The notes beneath the pieces were generated by a model that saw only the letters and a program-made list of their open reading frames with translations, ran no database searches and had not been told where the DNA came from. A stretch of 64,000 bases of DNA from a virus: IMG/VR virus record IMGVR_UViG_3300042904_000308, positions 32,001 through 96,000 of that record. One strand, written 5' to 3'. Shown here in pieces: positions 33,019 to 45,536 of this stretch. How positions within the stretch are numbered: position 1 is the stretch's first letter; every line of letters begins with the position of its first letter. Position numbers and translations under genes: made by a program.

Positions 33019-33438
33019 TTACGCTGCCCTTTCACTGAACGCCCCCAGCACCTGGGCCTCTCCCATGTGCTTGCAGGGCACGTTTCGATAGGTAAACTGT
33101 GGACACGTACATGATACGGCACGCCCCTGCGAGACATCGAGCTGGACCGTGTAGCTCTTGCCAATCTCGCTGTAGCTGCCAATCTCGACCTCCCGCAGCG
33201 GTGAAACCCTGCCGTAGAACGTTCGGGCTCCCTCGATGGTGTCGGCGGGAATCTCAATCGGGTCGCAGTAGCCTTTCCCGTCGAGGATCGCGTCCTCCAT
33301 CAGCGTGTAGAGGTACGCTCGCTCCTCGTGGGTGAACTCGCTGATCCGTGCCAGCAGCGTCTCTGGCGTGACCTCGACCGAATACACTTCGCGAATACAG
33401 AGCTCAGCTACCATGTTCGTCCTCCTCCATGTCATCAA
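33019..33438 (-). CDS. SWIM zinc-finger protein
   Basis: YTVQL...CTCP...PCKH. Confidence 0.75.
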   Translation of the reverse strand: MMTWRRTNMVAELCIREVYSVEVTPETLLARISEFTHEERAYLYTLMEDAILDGKGYCDPIEIPADTIEGARTFYGRVSPLREVEIGSYSEIGKSYTVQLDVSQGRAVSCTCPQFTYRNVPCKHMGEAQVLGAFSERAA

Positions 33439-34944
33439 GTACCTGCTGCCAGAACGCCTGCCAGTCCGTCACTGCCACGAATCCGTCGTCTGTTACCTCC
33501 ATCATTACGTCCTTGCAAAATACAGCGCTCGCTCAAGTGCCGACGAGTGTTCGAAGTGCGCCGACAGGTCGATCACCTGCAGCGGCGAGTGCCCGAGGTC
33601 GTGCTCGTCGACGAACTCCCGCACCATCTCGATCAGCTCGTCGCTCGCTCGGTCCTGCTCCAGCTCGCCCAGTGCCCTCACCCACTGCGGGTACGGCGCG
33701 GAGTGCTCGTCCAGGCTGGCCTCGCTGAACTCGTCAGCCGCAAGCTCGTCCTCGAACCAGACGCTGACCTCGCTGTCGTCGCTGAAGCCGCGCCACTCGA
33801 TCTGGTTCAGGATGTGGTCCCGCTCCCACTCAGCCGCCCGTTCAAGCATGCGCTTCCACTCGCCGTAGGTGCGCGTACACCAGACCTTGTTCGCCTCGTA
33901 CTCCTCGGCGTAGTCGATCATGCGGTCCAGCACGTCGCCAATGGCTGCTGCGGGGTTGCGCCACTCGAACTCGATGGGCCACGAGACGTCGTTGATAGTG
34001 AAGAAGAGCAGCCTGTCCTCCCCCTCACCCGTGAGGCTCAGGGTCAGGTTCGTGGGGAAGTGGGCGCACTGAAAGACGCCCGTCGTAGACCCGCCACCCC
34101 GAACCAGGGCCAGCGCACTCCTCAGGCGTGCGGCATCCTCGTAGTCAAGGAAGACGCACTCCCCCTCCCCCTGGGCCTCAATGAGCAGCCGAATGTAGTC
34201 GTGGGTCTGGTAGATCGTCAGGAGGTTGCCATCCTCGTTCATGATGTCCCAGCCCGATTGTTCCTCCTGCTCCATGTTCAGGTAGTAGCTCACTTGGCCT
34301 CCTCCTCCGCGATCAACCGCTGGACTTCCTCCTGTACCCACTCCCTGACGTCTCCGTAGACCGCGAGGAAGGGTGTGAGGATTTCAGGCAACGTCGCCAT
34401 CATCACTTCGGCTACGGCCAGCTGCTTCTCGTAGAAGCTAGGACCGCTGACGAGCCCGTACATGCCTGAGTGACCGCGTATCGTCGAGGCTTCGAGGTTG
34501 GTGTAGTCAACGGTGTTCCGCAGCCGCTTCAGTGACACCTTCGCGTTATGGAACACCGTTCGCACCATCTGTCGCACGATGTCACGCGCCTCCTCACAGG
34601 CGTCGTCGAGCTCGGTCGCGTTGACCAGCGCTGTCGCCTGTTCGTGCAGGTAATCTTCGTAGGTATCATTGATGATCGAGTACGCGCTCTGCGTTCCCTC
34701 ACGCTGACGATCATCGACGCGGGTCAGCGTGAAGTAGCACAGCTCATCAATGTGTGGCTCAACGATGCCGATGACGGTGTATGCCACACCGTTGATTGTC
34801 TCAGGCTCCGTGAACCTGAACTGCACCGAGGCTCTGCCTGTCAACCGCATAATGGCCTGGTTCGAGCTGTTGGGGAGCGGGATCGTCCGCTGCCAGTGGC
34901 TCATCATCGGAAGCAAAGAGCTATAGATCATGGTCCCTCCTCTG

Positions 34945-34981
34945 AAAAAACGAAAACCCCTCAGTCAGAAAACGCGAGGGG
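34945..34981 (-). terminator. Intrinsic terminator
   Basis: CCCCTC-loop-GAGGGG then TTTTCGTTTTTT. Confidence 0.6.
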
Positions 34982-35736
34982 CAAAATGCCGATTTATTTT
35001 TCGAGGCACTTTTGCTAAGTGCGCCAGAACAGCTGGTGCCGCACAACCCGCCCGTCGAGCGTCACCACTGGCTCAGCAGGCTGGTAGGTAATGGAGTCGT
35101 CAAACTCCACAGTAACGGCTATTGGCTCTCCGACGACGAGGACGTTCCCCTCCAGATCGACCACGTCGGTTCGAATCTCAACCCTCGCTCGTATTGGTAT
35201 TGGCTCAGTCATTACAGGTTGCCCTCCTGGGATTTTCTGACTCCCTCCAGTGTGTGTCTGACGATCTGCCTCAGCCAGGGCACGTCCTCAGGCAGGACGG
35301 GAATGCTGCCGTAATGGATGCGCACGATGCGCGGCTGAACCACGAGCACTGTCAGGTACGTATAAACCTCGTCTTCGTCGTCGGCCTCCCACACGAGGTC
35401 ATCGAGCGTGCTGTACGATCCGTGTACCCCCGACGTGGAGCAGAACAGCCAGTTCAGGGTGTAGTCGGTGCCATCCACGAAGATTCTTCGTAGATGGTCG
35501 ATGTCAGGAATGTGTGCTACGTGACTGCTTGTTGTTCGTATCGGTGTTGGGTCAGTCATCGTAGTACCAATGGACATCCAAAACCTCCTGAAGACTGTCG
35601 TTGATAAACGTCACGCCGTCGACATCCGCCCCCTGTGCTCGCAGATCGTCGAGAAACTCCTCCAGCTGCTCCTCACTCTCGACCTCGAAACTGACGTCGC
35701 ACGTCACGCGCAGATCGAGCTCGGCTCGTACCTTCC

Positions 35737-36186
35737 TCATGCCGCTTCCCGCTCCTCTCTGGCAATCTCCATCAGCGACTTCGTGATCTGCTCGATGGCG
35801 TTCGTGTAGCGATTGATGCGCTTGCGGGTGTACCCCGCTCGATTCATGGGGTGCAGGTGGTCCCACAGATCGTAGAGCTTGACGGTCATCGCCAGCGCGT
35901 CACCACTCTGGCAGATACGCTCGATGTACGCCTCGTAGCTCTCCAGCTGAGGGTCAACGCGGGTGAGCAGGCGGATCGCGGTGAACTGAGTCAATGTGAG
36001 GCCCAGCCTCGGGGAGCCGAGCGAGGCCCAGGTCGCCAGCCCGTCCTCGATCAGATCGTGGAGCAGGGCGACAATGTACTCGTCGCGGGTCTGCGCCATA
36101 TCCGCCACCCGCCAGGGGTGCCTGTCCTTGGAGCGGTTGTGAAGAAACGTCTCCACCGTCAGCACATTGTCGAACGATCTGCACAT
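35737..36186 (-). CDS. HD-domain small alarmone hydrolase-like ((p)ppGpp hydrolase/Mesh1-like) protein
   Basis: HPWRVA, VALLHDLIED, LLTR, YEAYIERI, VKLYDLWDH. Confidence 0.75.
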   Translation of the reverse strand: MCRSFDNVLTVETFLHNRSKDRHPWRVADMAQTRDEYIVALLHDLIEDGLATWASLGSPRLGLTLTQFTAIRLLTRVDPQLESYEAYIERICQSGDALAMTVKLYDLWDHLHPMNRAGYTRKRINRYTNAIEQITKSLMEIAREEREAA

Positions 36187-36187
36187 G

Positions 36188-36871
36188 CTAGTCTCCGATC
36201 TGCGGCGAGAGGTTGACGTTCCGCCCCGCCTCGTAGCCCCGCCCGAAGGCCTGCTGGTTATGGCTGTAGGCTCGTGTGGCCTTGCGTGTGCGCGGGTACA
36301 GCTGCTTGAAGGCCATCGCCACTTCGTTGTCCTTGACGACCACCAGCGCTGAGCCGTGCTCGACGTTCTCAGCCTCGGCCTTCTGCGCGTCCTTCATCGC
36401 GTCGATCACCCCCTCGACCGCGCCGAGGAAGAAGTTGTTCTTCCAGGTCTTGGTGTGAACCTGCGGCGGCTTGTCGGCCAGCGAGTCGTTCGCCAGTCGC
36501 GTGAACGCCTCGTCCAGATACAGGTACAGGTGCTTGATGACGATGAAGCTATGCGGCTCGGCCACCACCCGCACGACACCGTTGCCCATCGTGATTGCGC
36601 GACCGAAGTTGAACTTGGCGATCTGCCCGATCAAGGCCTGCTGCCAGGTGCTCTTCGCGTCGGTCGTGACCTCGTGGCTGTCGTAGTCGCTCTTGCGCTG
36701 CTGCCCGTGCAGGCGCTGCGTGACCTCGTCCATCGTCAGGCTGTGGCGCGTCAACAGCCGTGTGAGGCCTGCCGCCGCCGCCTGGGCCTCCCCCAGGCTC
36801 TCTGTGCGGTCGGCCAGCGTCATCAGGTTCTCGATCTTGTTTAGCAGCTGGTTCCAGTTCACGTCACTCAT
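36188..36871 (-). CDS. DUF2786-like domain protein
   Basis: LLNKIENLMTLA....GEAQAAAAGLTRLLTRHSL; FFLG; GYEAGRNVNL. Confidence 0.75.
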   Translation of the reverse strand: MSDVNWNQLLNKIENLMTLADRTESLGEAQAAAAGLTRLLTRHSLTMDEVTQRLHGQQRKSDYDSHEVTTDAKSTWQQALIGQIAKFNFGRAITMGNGVVRVVAEPHSFIVIKHLYLYLDEAFTRLANDSLADKPPQVHTKTWKNNFFLGAVEGVIDAMKDAQKAEAENVEHGSALVVVKDNEVAMAFKQLYPRTRKATRAYSHNQQAFGRGYEAGRNVNLSPQIGD

Positions 36872-37871
36872 GATTGATCCTTTCGCAAGTCGATCATCTG
36901 CCAGCGGTCCATCACAGGGGTGCGCAGATCAAGCAGCGCGTGCGTGGTCGGACAGTCCTTGTCGAATACCACGTCGAACATTCCGAGAAACCGCCACACG
37001 CCAAAATCTCTAGGGTGGAAGTACCGTATCCCGTCCTCTCTGGCTCGCATATCGTCGAAGGACCGATGGTAGTCGTTCAAGGTGAGTAAGGGACGAGGCA
37101 CAGGTCCGTACGTTTCCCACACGTCGTCCAGCACGTCGTGCATCAGCCTGGCGAGATTCCCTCTCGTCTTGACCCGAATGACCTCTGCCATCACCGTCGT
37201 CGGTGGTGGGATGTCCTTCAAATCCATTATCACGACAGGCATCGTTTTCTGAGCATACGTCTCGAAGTAGTCCGAGGGATAGTCTTCGATCACCCTGCAC
37301 CCCCGAAGAACCCGACGAACCGCTGCCACAGTGAGGCCTGCTCCAATCGTGCCGCCAGCACCTGGACCTCCTCTCGCTGCTGGTGTCGCTGCTTGTTCAG
37401 CTCTGGCAACACGACCGCATACACATTGCGGCAGTACCGTGTCGCTTCATGTGGACGCTCTTGGACGATGACCTCCAGCGCGTTCTGAATGGCCGCGAGC
37501 GCGTCGTCAATCGCCTGTTCGCTGTCCGCGTACCTGTACTGCACGAGCGCGGTTCGGAGCGCGTCATGCTTCACAATGTCGTTGACCTCGATTCCCATTC
37601 TTCCCCTCACTACACTAATACACTGACGTAGTCGAACTTGGGCAGACGCTTTCGGAACGCTGCCGCCCTGCCCCCGATCTTGACCGTGTAGCCGCTGCGC
37701 ATCGCCGTGAAGTGCGGTGTGCAGACGGTCGCCTGGGCAATCTCGGGGCTTCGCGTCGAGGCGTACTCAACCTCGACCAGATATCGCCGCTGGTTCATGC
37801 AGCGGGTGCCTGCCTTGGTCTGGCAGTCGCATGCTGATGCGTCCATGTCTCTCCTCATATAGGAACTAAGG

Positions 37872-38072
37872 CTCTCCCTTCTGGCGTCCTGGCCGCGTAT
37901 CACGCTCGTCAGCGTGGCGGCTGGGGGCACCCCTGACCCTGCGGGTGCGGTCTGCCTTGCCGCACCTTTCGCCTGCAGGTTGCCGCTGGGCGCACCATAC
38001 GATCTGCAGAGGTCCGCTCTTCTCGAACCCGTCACAGCACTCCGTGCCTGATCAGGACGCCAGAAGGGAGAG
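37872..38072 (-). ncRNA. Candidate structured ncRNA closed by a perfect 20-bp stem
   Basis: CTCTCCCTTCTGGCGTCCTG (37872-37891) / exact reverse complement (38053-38072); internal hairpins; downstream of promoter and boxA-like motif. Confidence 0.6.
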
Positions 38073-38138
38073 TGTTGGCCCCGTGGTTGGGGCCAGTATT
38101 CACTTGTCAAAGTTCAGAATGAAGCTGCGTCTCTCTTC

Positions 38139-38168
38139 ACTATACGCGAAGACGCAACTAGCTGTCAA
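38139..38168 (-). promoter_or_regulatory. sigma70-like promoter followed by boxA-like GAACTTTGACAA (38104-38115)
   Basis: TTGACA-N18-TATAGT. Confidence 0.7.
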
Positions 38169-39424
38169 GGAACTAACGCGAGGCCTGATATTCAAGCTCG
38201 TTTTCGTAGTATGAGCGAACGAGTGCCTGGAGCCTGAGAATCTCTCGCTCGTGGTTGTCATTGTCGGAGTCGTACATTTCCTGCACGGCCTCCCTGCATG
38301 CTTCAGCTATAAGTCCGTCAGAGTCTTGCATGGTCCTCCCTCATTTTTACGTCGTTCCGTTCGGTCAATTCAGCGAACAGCCGCTCGACGTCCTGCCCGT
38401 ACAGTGTAATGAAGATCGGGGCTCCTCCACTCCTCCGTCCTATCGTCAGGGTGCCATCCTCGTCGATGTCCCAGCGAGGCCCAGCGTCGAGGGGATGCTC
38501 GTCGAGCTTCGCCAGCACGCGGTCCTGCCTCGCAAACTGCCGCCGAATTCGCGCCTCCTCTCGCGGGTCGGTGACGCCTCGTCGCCTGATGAAGTCATCA
38601 GCGCTGCTCATGAGCAGCCTCCCTCGATACGATGTACCGCTCAAGCCTGCGTAGCTCGGTGCCGAAGTCGTGCATGAATGCCTCCTGCCCGACCGCCTCA
38701 CGATGCTCGTACAGGCTGCTGGTCAGCGAGGAGAGCACAAGGTTCCACATCGTCACGAACTGCTCCCGAGCTACGAGAACGTGGGTTTCCTGAATCTCGT
38801 CGATCAGCCATTCGGCCTCCATCCAGGCGCTCGATCCGAGACATGCGCCATCTATCCGTGCTTGCACCCGCTCGATCATTGCACGTCGTTCGTCAGCCAT
38901 TACGCTTCCTCCAGTCGTACGCCGCGTTCTCCTCAGCGGCCTCGATTTCCTCCGCCGTCAGCGGCAGCACCGAAGCCTTGGCGACCTGCAGCGCGTCCCA
39001 CCGTTCGCCATCATCGGCAAAGTTCAGCGGGTTCGGCGGACAGCGTAGATCGACCATCGTGTCGTCGCTGTCGTTCTCATCAAGCTCCCCACCGAAGAAA
39101 GTCACGAGCCGCCGAGCCAGAGCGATGTTGTCGGCGCAGGACTTCATACTGAAGCCTGGTCCTACCCACTCAGACGCCCCTAGCTGCCAGTGGAAGTAGA
39201 ACATCCGCTGGTACCCGTTCAGCGGAGACTCGAAAAAGACCGTCAGCATATCCCCGTCACTGTTTGGCACGATCTTCACGACGTCACATTCCGCATGCAC
39301 CGAGGGTATGTGTGGCCTGACCTCCTTCTCGTTGCCGAGGCAGAAGGCCGTCACGTCGAAAATATCTCGCGCCTTCGCGCTGGAAGGGAAAATGACCTTC
39401 AGATTGACTCCCATATTGTCCCTC

Positions 39425-39727
39425 CTAGTAGTCCGACGGAAGCAGGATCGTGAACACGTCGTCCTCGATCACCCACACGTCCTGCCCGTTCATCTGCGTG
39501 CTGAACTGGTAGTCGTCGGGACTGGCGCTCCGCTTCCAGACGACGAACTCGTTCCAAATCTCGATCAGTGCCGCCTGGCTGAACTCCTCCCACACCGCTC
39601 GGGTAGCGAGGATCGGTCGACCGCCGCTCAGCTGCTCCCAGCGGTGCCGAGCGAACTCGGCCAGCACGCCGTCCTCGACGCCCTGCTCCCAGGTGTAGAC
39701 CGAAATGACTGCTGCGTTCTCGAACAT
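39425..39727 (-). CDS. Conserved phage/MGE hypothetical protein (DUF6573-like)
   Basis: ISVYTWEQGVEDGVL ... TILLPSDY. Confidence 0.55.
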   Translation of the reverse strand: MFENAAVISVYTWEQGVEDGVLAEFARHRWEQLSGGRPILATRAVWEEFSQAALIEIWNEFVVWKRSASPDDYQFSTQMNGQDVWVIEDDVFTILLPSDY

Positions 39728-40835
39728 TTAGCTCCCTCCTCCGAAACGAATGATCCTGCCCCCACCCTGAGCCTCCAGCACGACCTCTCTCCAGTCGGGG
39801 GGAAGCAGCCCCTGCATCGCCGCTCGATTCGCGGCCTCGTGAAGATATGGGTTCGGGTCATCCATCGCCGCAAAGAAGATGCCCGACGAATCGTCGCCAC
39901 CCTCCTCCGAGTGCTGGGCGATGACCGTTGGCCCCCCGAAGAGGGCCGTGAGTGGTGCGCCTGTCTGAGGGCAGAAGTAGAGGTCGGCGTTGTGGCCGTC
40001 GATCCCGAACGAGCCGAGCCATTGGCAGTTCGGGCACCCCATGTCTCCGTAGATCGGCTGTCCGTTCGTCTCCACTACTCCTCTCCCTTCTTCAAGCGTC
40101 GAATACGCAGCGTCGAGCTACCCCAGTGTGTCAGGCTCATCTTGTACCAGCCTCCTCCGATACTCCGAACCTCGATGAAGCGTTGACGATTACGTGGGTA
40201 GTCCTCGACCTCGACGGCGTACTGCCGACCAGCATCCTTCGCGTTCGAGGCCATGCAGGGCCAGCCCTCGACCTCGTAGCGGACCTTCGGCCCAGGCTGA
40301 CTCGGCTTTCGTCGAACAATCTTGGTGCCGTAGAAGATGTCGTTCAGTCTGTCTTCAAGCAATTGCAGTCTCATTAGTTACCTCCTGTTCTGACGACGCA
40401 GTCGTACAGACTTCCAAAGAACCGCTCCGCCTGAATGCGTGCCCTCCACTTCTTGCCGCTGTACTCGGACTCCTCGAATGCCCTCGTCTGGTAGTAGTAG
40501 CCGTTGTCATCCCTGAACGTTCCGACGAAGCCCAGCTTCTGGTCCTTGTCGTTCCACAAGGGAAGCTCGTAGAGAAACCCGCGCTCACTCAGAACGTCGA
40601 ACATGACTGCCTCTGCTTCTCGACCTCGCGGCGATTGCGAACGTTTCGTTGAATGGCCTCAGCGTGGGCCTGCTGGCGTTGCACCGCTTCCTCCAACCGC
40701 TGGGCCTCATGAAGTCCGCACGAATCCCGTACCCCTATAATAATGCCCTCAGCCAAGCCCCAAGAATAGGCGTCGTCAGCCTGACGCAACCTGCCGACTC
40801 TCACAGCTAAGGCGATAATCGTGTCGTCGTTGAGG

Positions 40836-41138
40836 CTATCTCGCCGCATTGTCGTCCTCCCCCAGCTCATTGAGCAGAGCCGCCATATGCTTGCAGCGAC
40901 CGTGGAACGTGAAGCCTCGGCAGTCGCACCCGCTGGGCCACACGTTATGCACGATCCCAGGCTGCGACACCGACGTCGCGAAGAACTCCTGCTGGCTGAA
41001 GCTCTTGAAGATACGCACCCCCTCCTCCCTCGCCCGTCCAAGCAGGCGCTTGAAATCGCCGTACGACATGTCCATTCCGACGGGTTCATGCACCCGAATT
41101 TCGCCGCTCTTGGTCACGTACTGCACTACTGGAAGCAT
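40836..41138 (-). CDS. SWIM zinc-finger protein
   Basis: CDCRGF...RCKH; likely start at MLPVVQ. Confidence 0.7.
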   Translation of the reverse strand: MLPVVQYVTKSGEIRVHEPVGMDMSYGDFKRLLGRAREEGVRIFKSFSQQEFFATSVSQPGIVHNVWPSGCDCRGFTFHGRCKHMAALLNELGEDDNAAR

Positions 41139-43879
41139 TACCCCTCCTATCGAACCGCTGCCCATACCACGGACGCGGCACTGAACGCCCACACGAACAC
41201 CCAACCATACTCCGCGATCAGGTTCATGTCACTGCCTGCCTCCTCACTAATCCTCGGTGAAGTGTCGTTATGTCTCCCTATTACGACAGCACTACCCGCC
41301 GTTCTGTGCCTTTGTTCGATCTTCGATGAGTAGGCCATCGTGATAGATCGCCGCCGACTGATATGCCCCACTCACCCACAGGATGCAGAGTGCCGCTGCT
41401 GTCATACGTACCCGCGTACTTAGCCGTATCGTGGGGTAAGGAAACATCGTATCGGCGCGATCCTCCCACCTGTCGTCTGAGAACTCCTCGACCGTTCGTT
41501 CCCCGTCCTCGGTGACTCTCACTACTTTCCACATTAGCGGAACCTCCCTTCCTGTATCAGGTGACTCACCACCTGATTCTCGACCTCCCGCTGCACCCGT
41601 TCGAGCAGGTACCCCACCGACTCATTGACCTCCCTCAGTGAAGTCTCTGGCGACACGCCTCGTGGACCGTTCTGGAACTCGAAGTCCTCCAGTGCCAGCA
41701 CGACCAGCCGCTCGATCAGTTCCTCCGTTAGCTCTCCCATACGCCTGCTCCACTGATCCCGAGCCGCGTAGACGTCGAGCCGTGCCTCCTGCTGTGTACT
41801 CATGCCTCTCTCCTATCTGGTGTACAGATCGTACTCATGTTGCCAGTCGGCAATCTCTTCCTCGGTCCACAACGCAGGATTCGAGCCAGTGCCGACACAC
41901 ATGGTGCAGTTCTGGATGTAGGTGCTGCCGTCGGGTCGCGTGACCAGTCTCCATCCCTCTCCGTTGCAGACGGGGCACTCCTGGGGCACAGGCTCGGGCA
42001 CAGGCTCCTCGTGCATCTTCTCGACGCACTTGTATGACAGCTTCCGCAGTGCGTCGATCATATCAGGTGTGAACATCGAACGTGCCCCTCTCTCCACTAA
42101 TACGCTGCCATCGCTCGGCAGTCCTCGATGAACTGCTCCCGCTTGTCCTCGGGAAACAGCTGGCCGAAGAACCAGTAGCGGGACTCCCACCCCTGCTCCT
42201 CGTTGATGCCGATGAGTTCGTTGGTGAGCCGAGCCATCGCGTGCAGGTGTGTGATGCTCAGGTTGATGTTGTTGTCGGCAATCGCCTGCTGGTAGCTCTG
42301 CAATGCCTCGCACGCCTCGCCGTGTACCGTTGCGTAGTCTCGCACGCTAGTCCTCCTCTCCTGCCCACGCCTGGGCCGACAGTCGATCAATCTCCGCGTT
42401 GTAGACCTCTCCCATCACGTCCCATGCGAACGATGTCAGCGCGATAATCGTGACCACATACTCGCCACGCTTGGGGAATAGAATCATCGCCTGCTTGTAG
42501 ACGATGCAGTTTGAGCCTTGAAACTCAGGCGACTCAAACGGGAAAAAGGGCTCTTGATTGTATGACCTGCACCGCTTGTTGACTGCCTCCATGAATCGCT
42601 CGTACGCCTGCGAACCGCCTGTAATCTGCGCCCGTAACGTGTGGAACGAATACCAACCGTGTGAATGGTTCATGTTTTCCTCCTCTATCTGAGCCTCTAA
42701 GCCAACATTGCGGTTTCTTCGTCAAGAATCTCTGATGTCCCGTCTACAAGAAACGGTCGAGGAAGATCGTCGCAAGCCGTAACCTCGTAGACGCATCCAG
42801 ACAGCTGCTTCGTGATACGCACCCATCCTTCTGTCAAGGTACACCACACCTCCTGACCGACCTGAAAATCGCACATGCTTCCTCCTCTACTGACAGTAGC
42901 AGTACGTCGGCGTGCTGGGATATGCGCTGGCAATCTCCCCGCCTGCTATGACCTCGTCGCGGTACGCTGTCGCTTCGTCCCTGGACCCCCATCCAAGGCT
43001 CACCCACTGCTCGTTGCGCCACACCATGACGCACCATGCGCGGTCACAGCTTGGTACATTCCTCAACATTGGTTCCTCCTCTACGATACCCTCTACTCTA
43101 AGGGCACGATGCAGGGTGCCTTGACACCCTGACTCGTAACCTCAGCTGTTTGCTAGCCGCCAATTTCATATGCGATGCGGTTCAGTGGTTCTCCGTTGGA
43201 CCGCAGTTCAACCACGGCAAGATTCTCCTGGGTCTGTCGCCCGAGCTTGTCGATGACCTCCTTGAGGTCCATCCCGTAGGCCTCTGCGGTGACGTCGCCC
43301 GTCGTCTGGTCGATGAGCTTGCCGCAGTACCCCGCGTAAAATTTCGTCAGGTCGATGTAATGCGTCTGTTCCATGCTTTCCTCCTAGCTAAACGGTGGAC
43401 CGTCCCACGGCTCCTGCATACCCGCCTCTACTCTACAGACCTCGCACCAGCCAAGGGGATCAGCTGAGTGGCGCAGGGCCAGGGAGAGAGTGTCATGCGC
43501 CACGATGAACCCGTGATCCTCGCACACCGTCTGCCAGCGGCCCCCAGCCGTGTCAAGCATCGCCTCCTCGCCATCGTAGACCGCCACGATGCGGCCCGTC
43601 TGCCGCGCTCGTGCCCACTTCCTCAGCCCCGCATGGTCGGGCCAGTTTCTCATCGCCAGAACCTCCCTCAGAGCGTTGACTTGTCTTGGTACCGCCCGAG
43701 CCACGCTCTCGCATCTGCCAGACTTCGATGAGCGTTTTCCAAGCGTCGGGCGTCTCTAGCAGAAGCATCGAACGATGGAAGACTGTCGCGTTCCGCCTGT
43801 GCCGCCCTCTTTATCTCGGCACTGATGCGATCTATCTCTTCTTGCAGCCGAGAAATGTCCTTGCGAGATAACGCTCGAC

Positions 43880-44077
43880 TCATCGCCAGAACCCCCCGTC
43901 GCTGTAGACGTTGATGAGACGGTCGCCCTCGTACACCTGCGCCTGCCCCCCGTCCTGATCGACCCACGCTTGCGCCTGGGCGTAGGCATCGAGCAGGGTC
44001 GAATACTCACGCACCAGCCCCCTCAGCGTTATCCATTGTCCACGCTCGTTGAACCCGAAATGCTTGACCTCGAACAT
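43880..44077 (-). CDS. Small early protein, paralog of 52586-52780
   Basis: Collinear high similarity between the two translations. Confidence 0.75.
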   Translation of the reverse strand: MFEVKHFGFNERGQWITLRGLVREYSTLLDAYAQAQAWVDQDGGQAQVYEGDRLINVYSDGGFWR

Positions 44078-45170
44078 TGTTCCTCCTCCTATGCTTGTGG
44101 GTACGCCTTTGCGACGTCCCTACCCTTATGGGTCAGCAGCACCTTGAGATTGCTGAGGCTCAGGCTTTCCCGCTCGTACCGCGCCCTGGCCTGGGCCTCA
44201 TCGTCGTACTGCGCAAAGAACCATGACGGTCGATCCGACCAGACCCCCGAGGGCGCGAGATAACTGACCGACCACTCTGTCACCCTAATCTTCATAGCTT
44301 CTCCCCCAGCACGCCGTTGCCGTGGAACGTTATCGTCCTGTAGTGACCACTCGCCACAAGGTGCCTGTTGCGCTTTCCCGCTGCCTGCTTGACTGCCTGG
44401 AACGCCACGAGAACCTCCAGCCTCGTGACGGTTCGCTCGACCTCGCTCCGCCGATTCTCGTTGTGTGCCCAGCACGCCATCCTGTGAACATGGGAAGCGG
44501 CATCGACCTCCGCCTGCAACCGCTCCCCCTCCTCGTCCAGATGCTCCCACACGGCGTCAGTCTTGTTCGTCATCCTCCCACTCCTCGTCGTAGCCGTTGA
44601 TACGGTCGGCTCGAAGCTCCATTTCCTGCGCCAGCTTCGCCAGAACGTGTTCCCGCAGCTGCCTCGTCAGCCGCTTGACCCCGTAGTGATTGCAGATCGC
44701 CTCCCTCGGCGCGTAGACGATGCCTGCCAGCCCCGCGTCCCACGGACAGGTGAACTGGCCCCTCGGCGTGGTCGTGGCACAGAGGGCCACCCCGCCATGC
44801 ACGTAGGCGTAGACAGGGAGCGCCACCCCGCGCCCAGGCTCGTTCAGATAGGCGACCGTGCCGCTGATCGTGACCTGTGCCCGTGCAGGCAGCGTGTCCA
44901 CGAACCGCTCCAGGTCTGCATCGACCGAAAAATATCTGCTGGTCGTCTTGCCGTAGAACGTTCCGATCATCGTTGTGCCTCCAATACTGTTCGTGCCTCG
45001 TCCCATTGAATCCACCCGTCGCGTAAGTCCTCGGTTAGCTCGGCAATCAACCCCCTTTGCGTACCCTGCGGTGCCGTTACCTGCTGCCTCGTGACCTTCC
45101 CTGCAATGCGCAGCGTGCGCAGGATCACGAATCTCCCCTGCGCGTTCGTGGTGGCCTTGTATGTGACCCT

Positions 45171-45536
45171 CATCGTGACTTCCTCTCTCTACCCTAACAC
45201 TCGCTCGATCAACGTTCGTGCCCTCATCGACGGCTCCCGCGTCAAGAAGCCCTTGCCGCGTGCTGCCTCGTAAGGAACGGGAGTCTCAAACTGAGCAGCT
45301 GTCACATCCAGCACCTGACCGTCGAGCGTCCGCAGAAACCAGTGTGACGCCCCCTCGTGCCTCACGTGCATCGGTGTATCGACCCTGCCCCGTAGATGGT
45401 ACAGAGCTTCACTAGCCACGTAGCAGTGCCCCGCCAGCGGATGGCTTCGACCCCTCCATTCAGGCCGCAGCAGATCAGGCGTGAGACGTGCAACAACCGC
45501 GTCAACCATCGTGACTACCTCTCTCTACCCTAACAC
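45171..45536. repeat. 30-bp direct repeats (45171-45200, 45507-45536) bracketing one gene
   Basis: catcgtgactWcctctctctaccctaacac, 29/30 identical. Confidence 0.85.
45189..45509 (-). CDS. Small papain/transglutaminase-like protein (Cys-His-Asp triad)
   Basis: GHCYVASEALY, SHWFL, VLDVTAAQF. Confidence 0.6.
   Translation of the reverse strand: MVDAVVARLTPDLLRPEWRGRSHPLAGHCYVASEALYHLRGRVDTPMHVRHEGASHWFLRTLDGQVLDVTAAQFETPVPYEAARGKGFLTREPSMRARTLIERVLG

Noticed and set aside
37860-38110. N-terminal half of ORF 37610-38110
   Set aside because: Overlaps the structured RNA; the real gene likely starts at about 37846-37858
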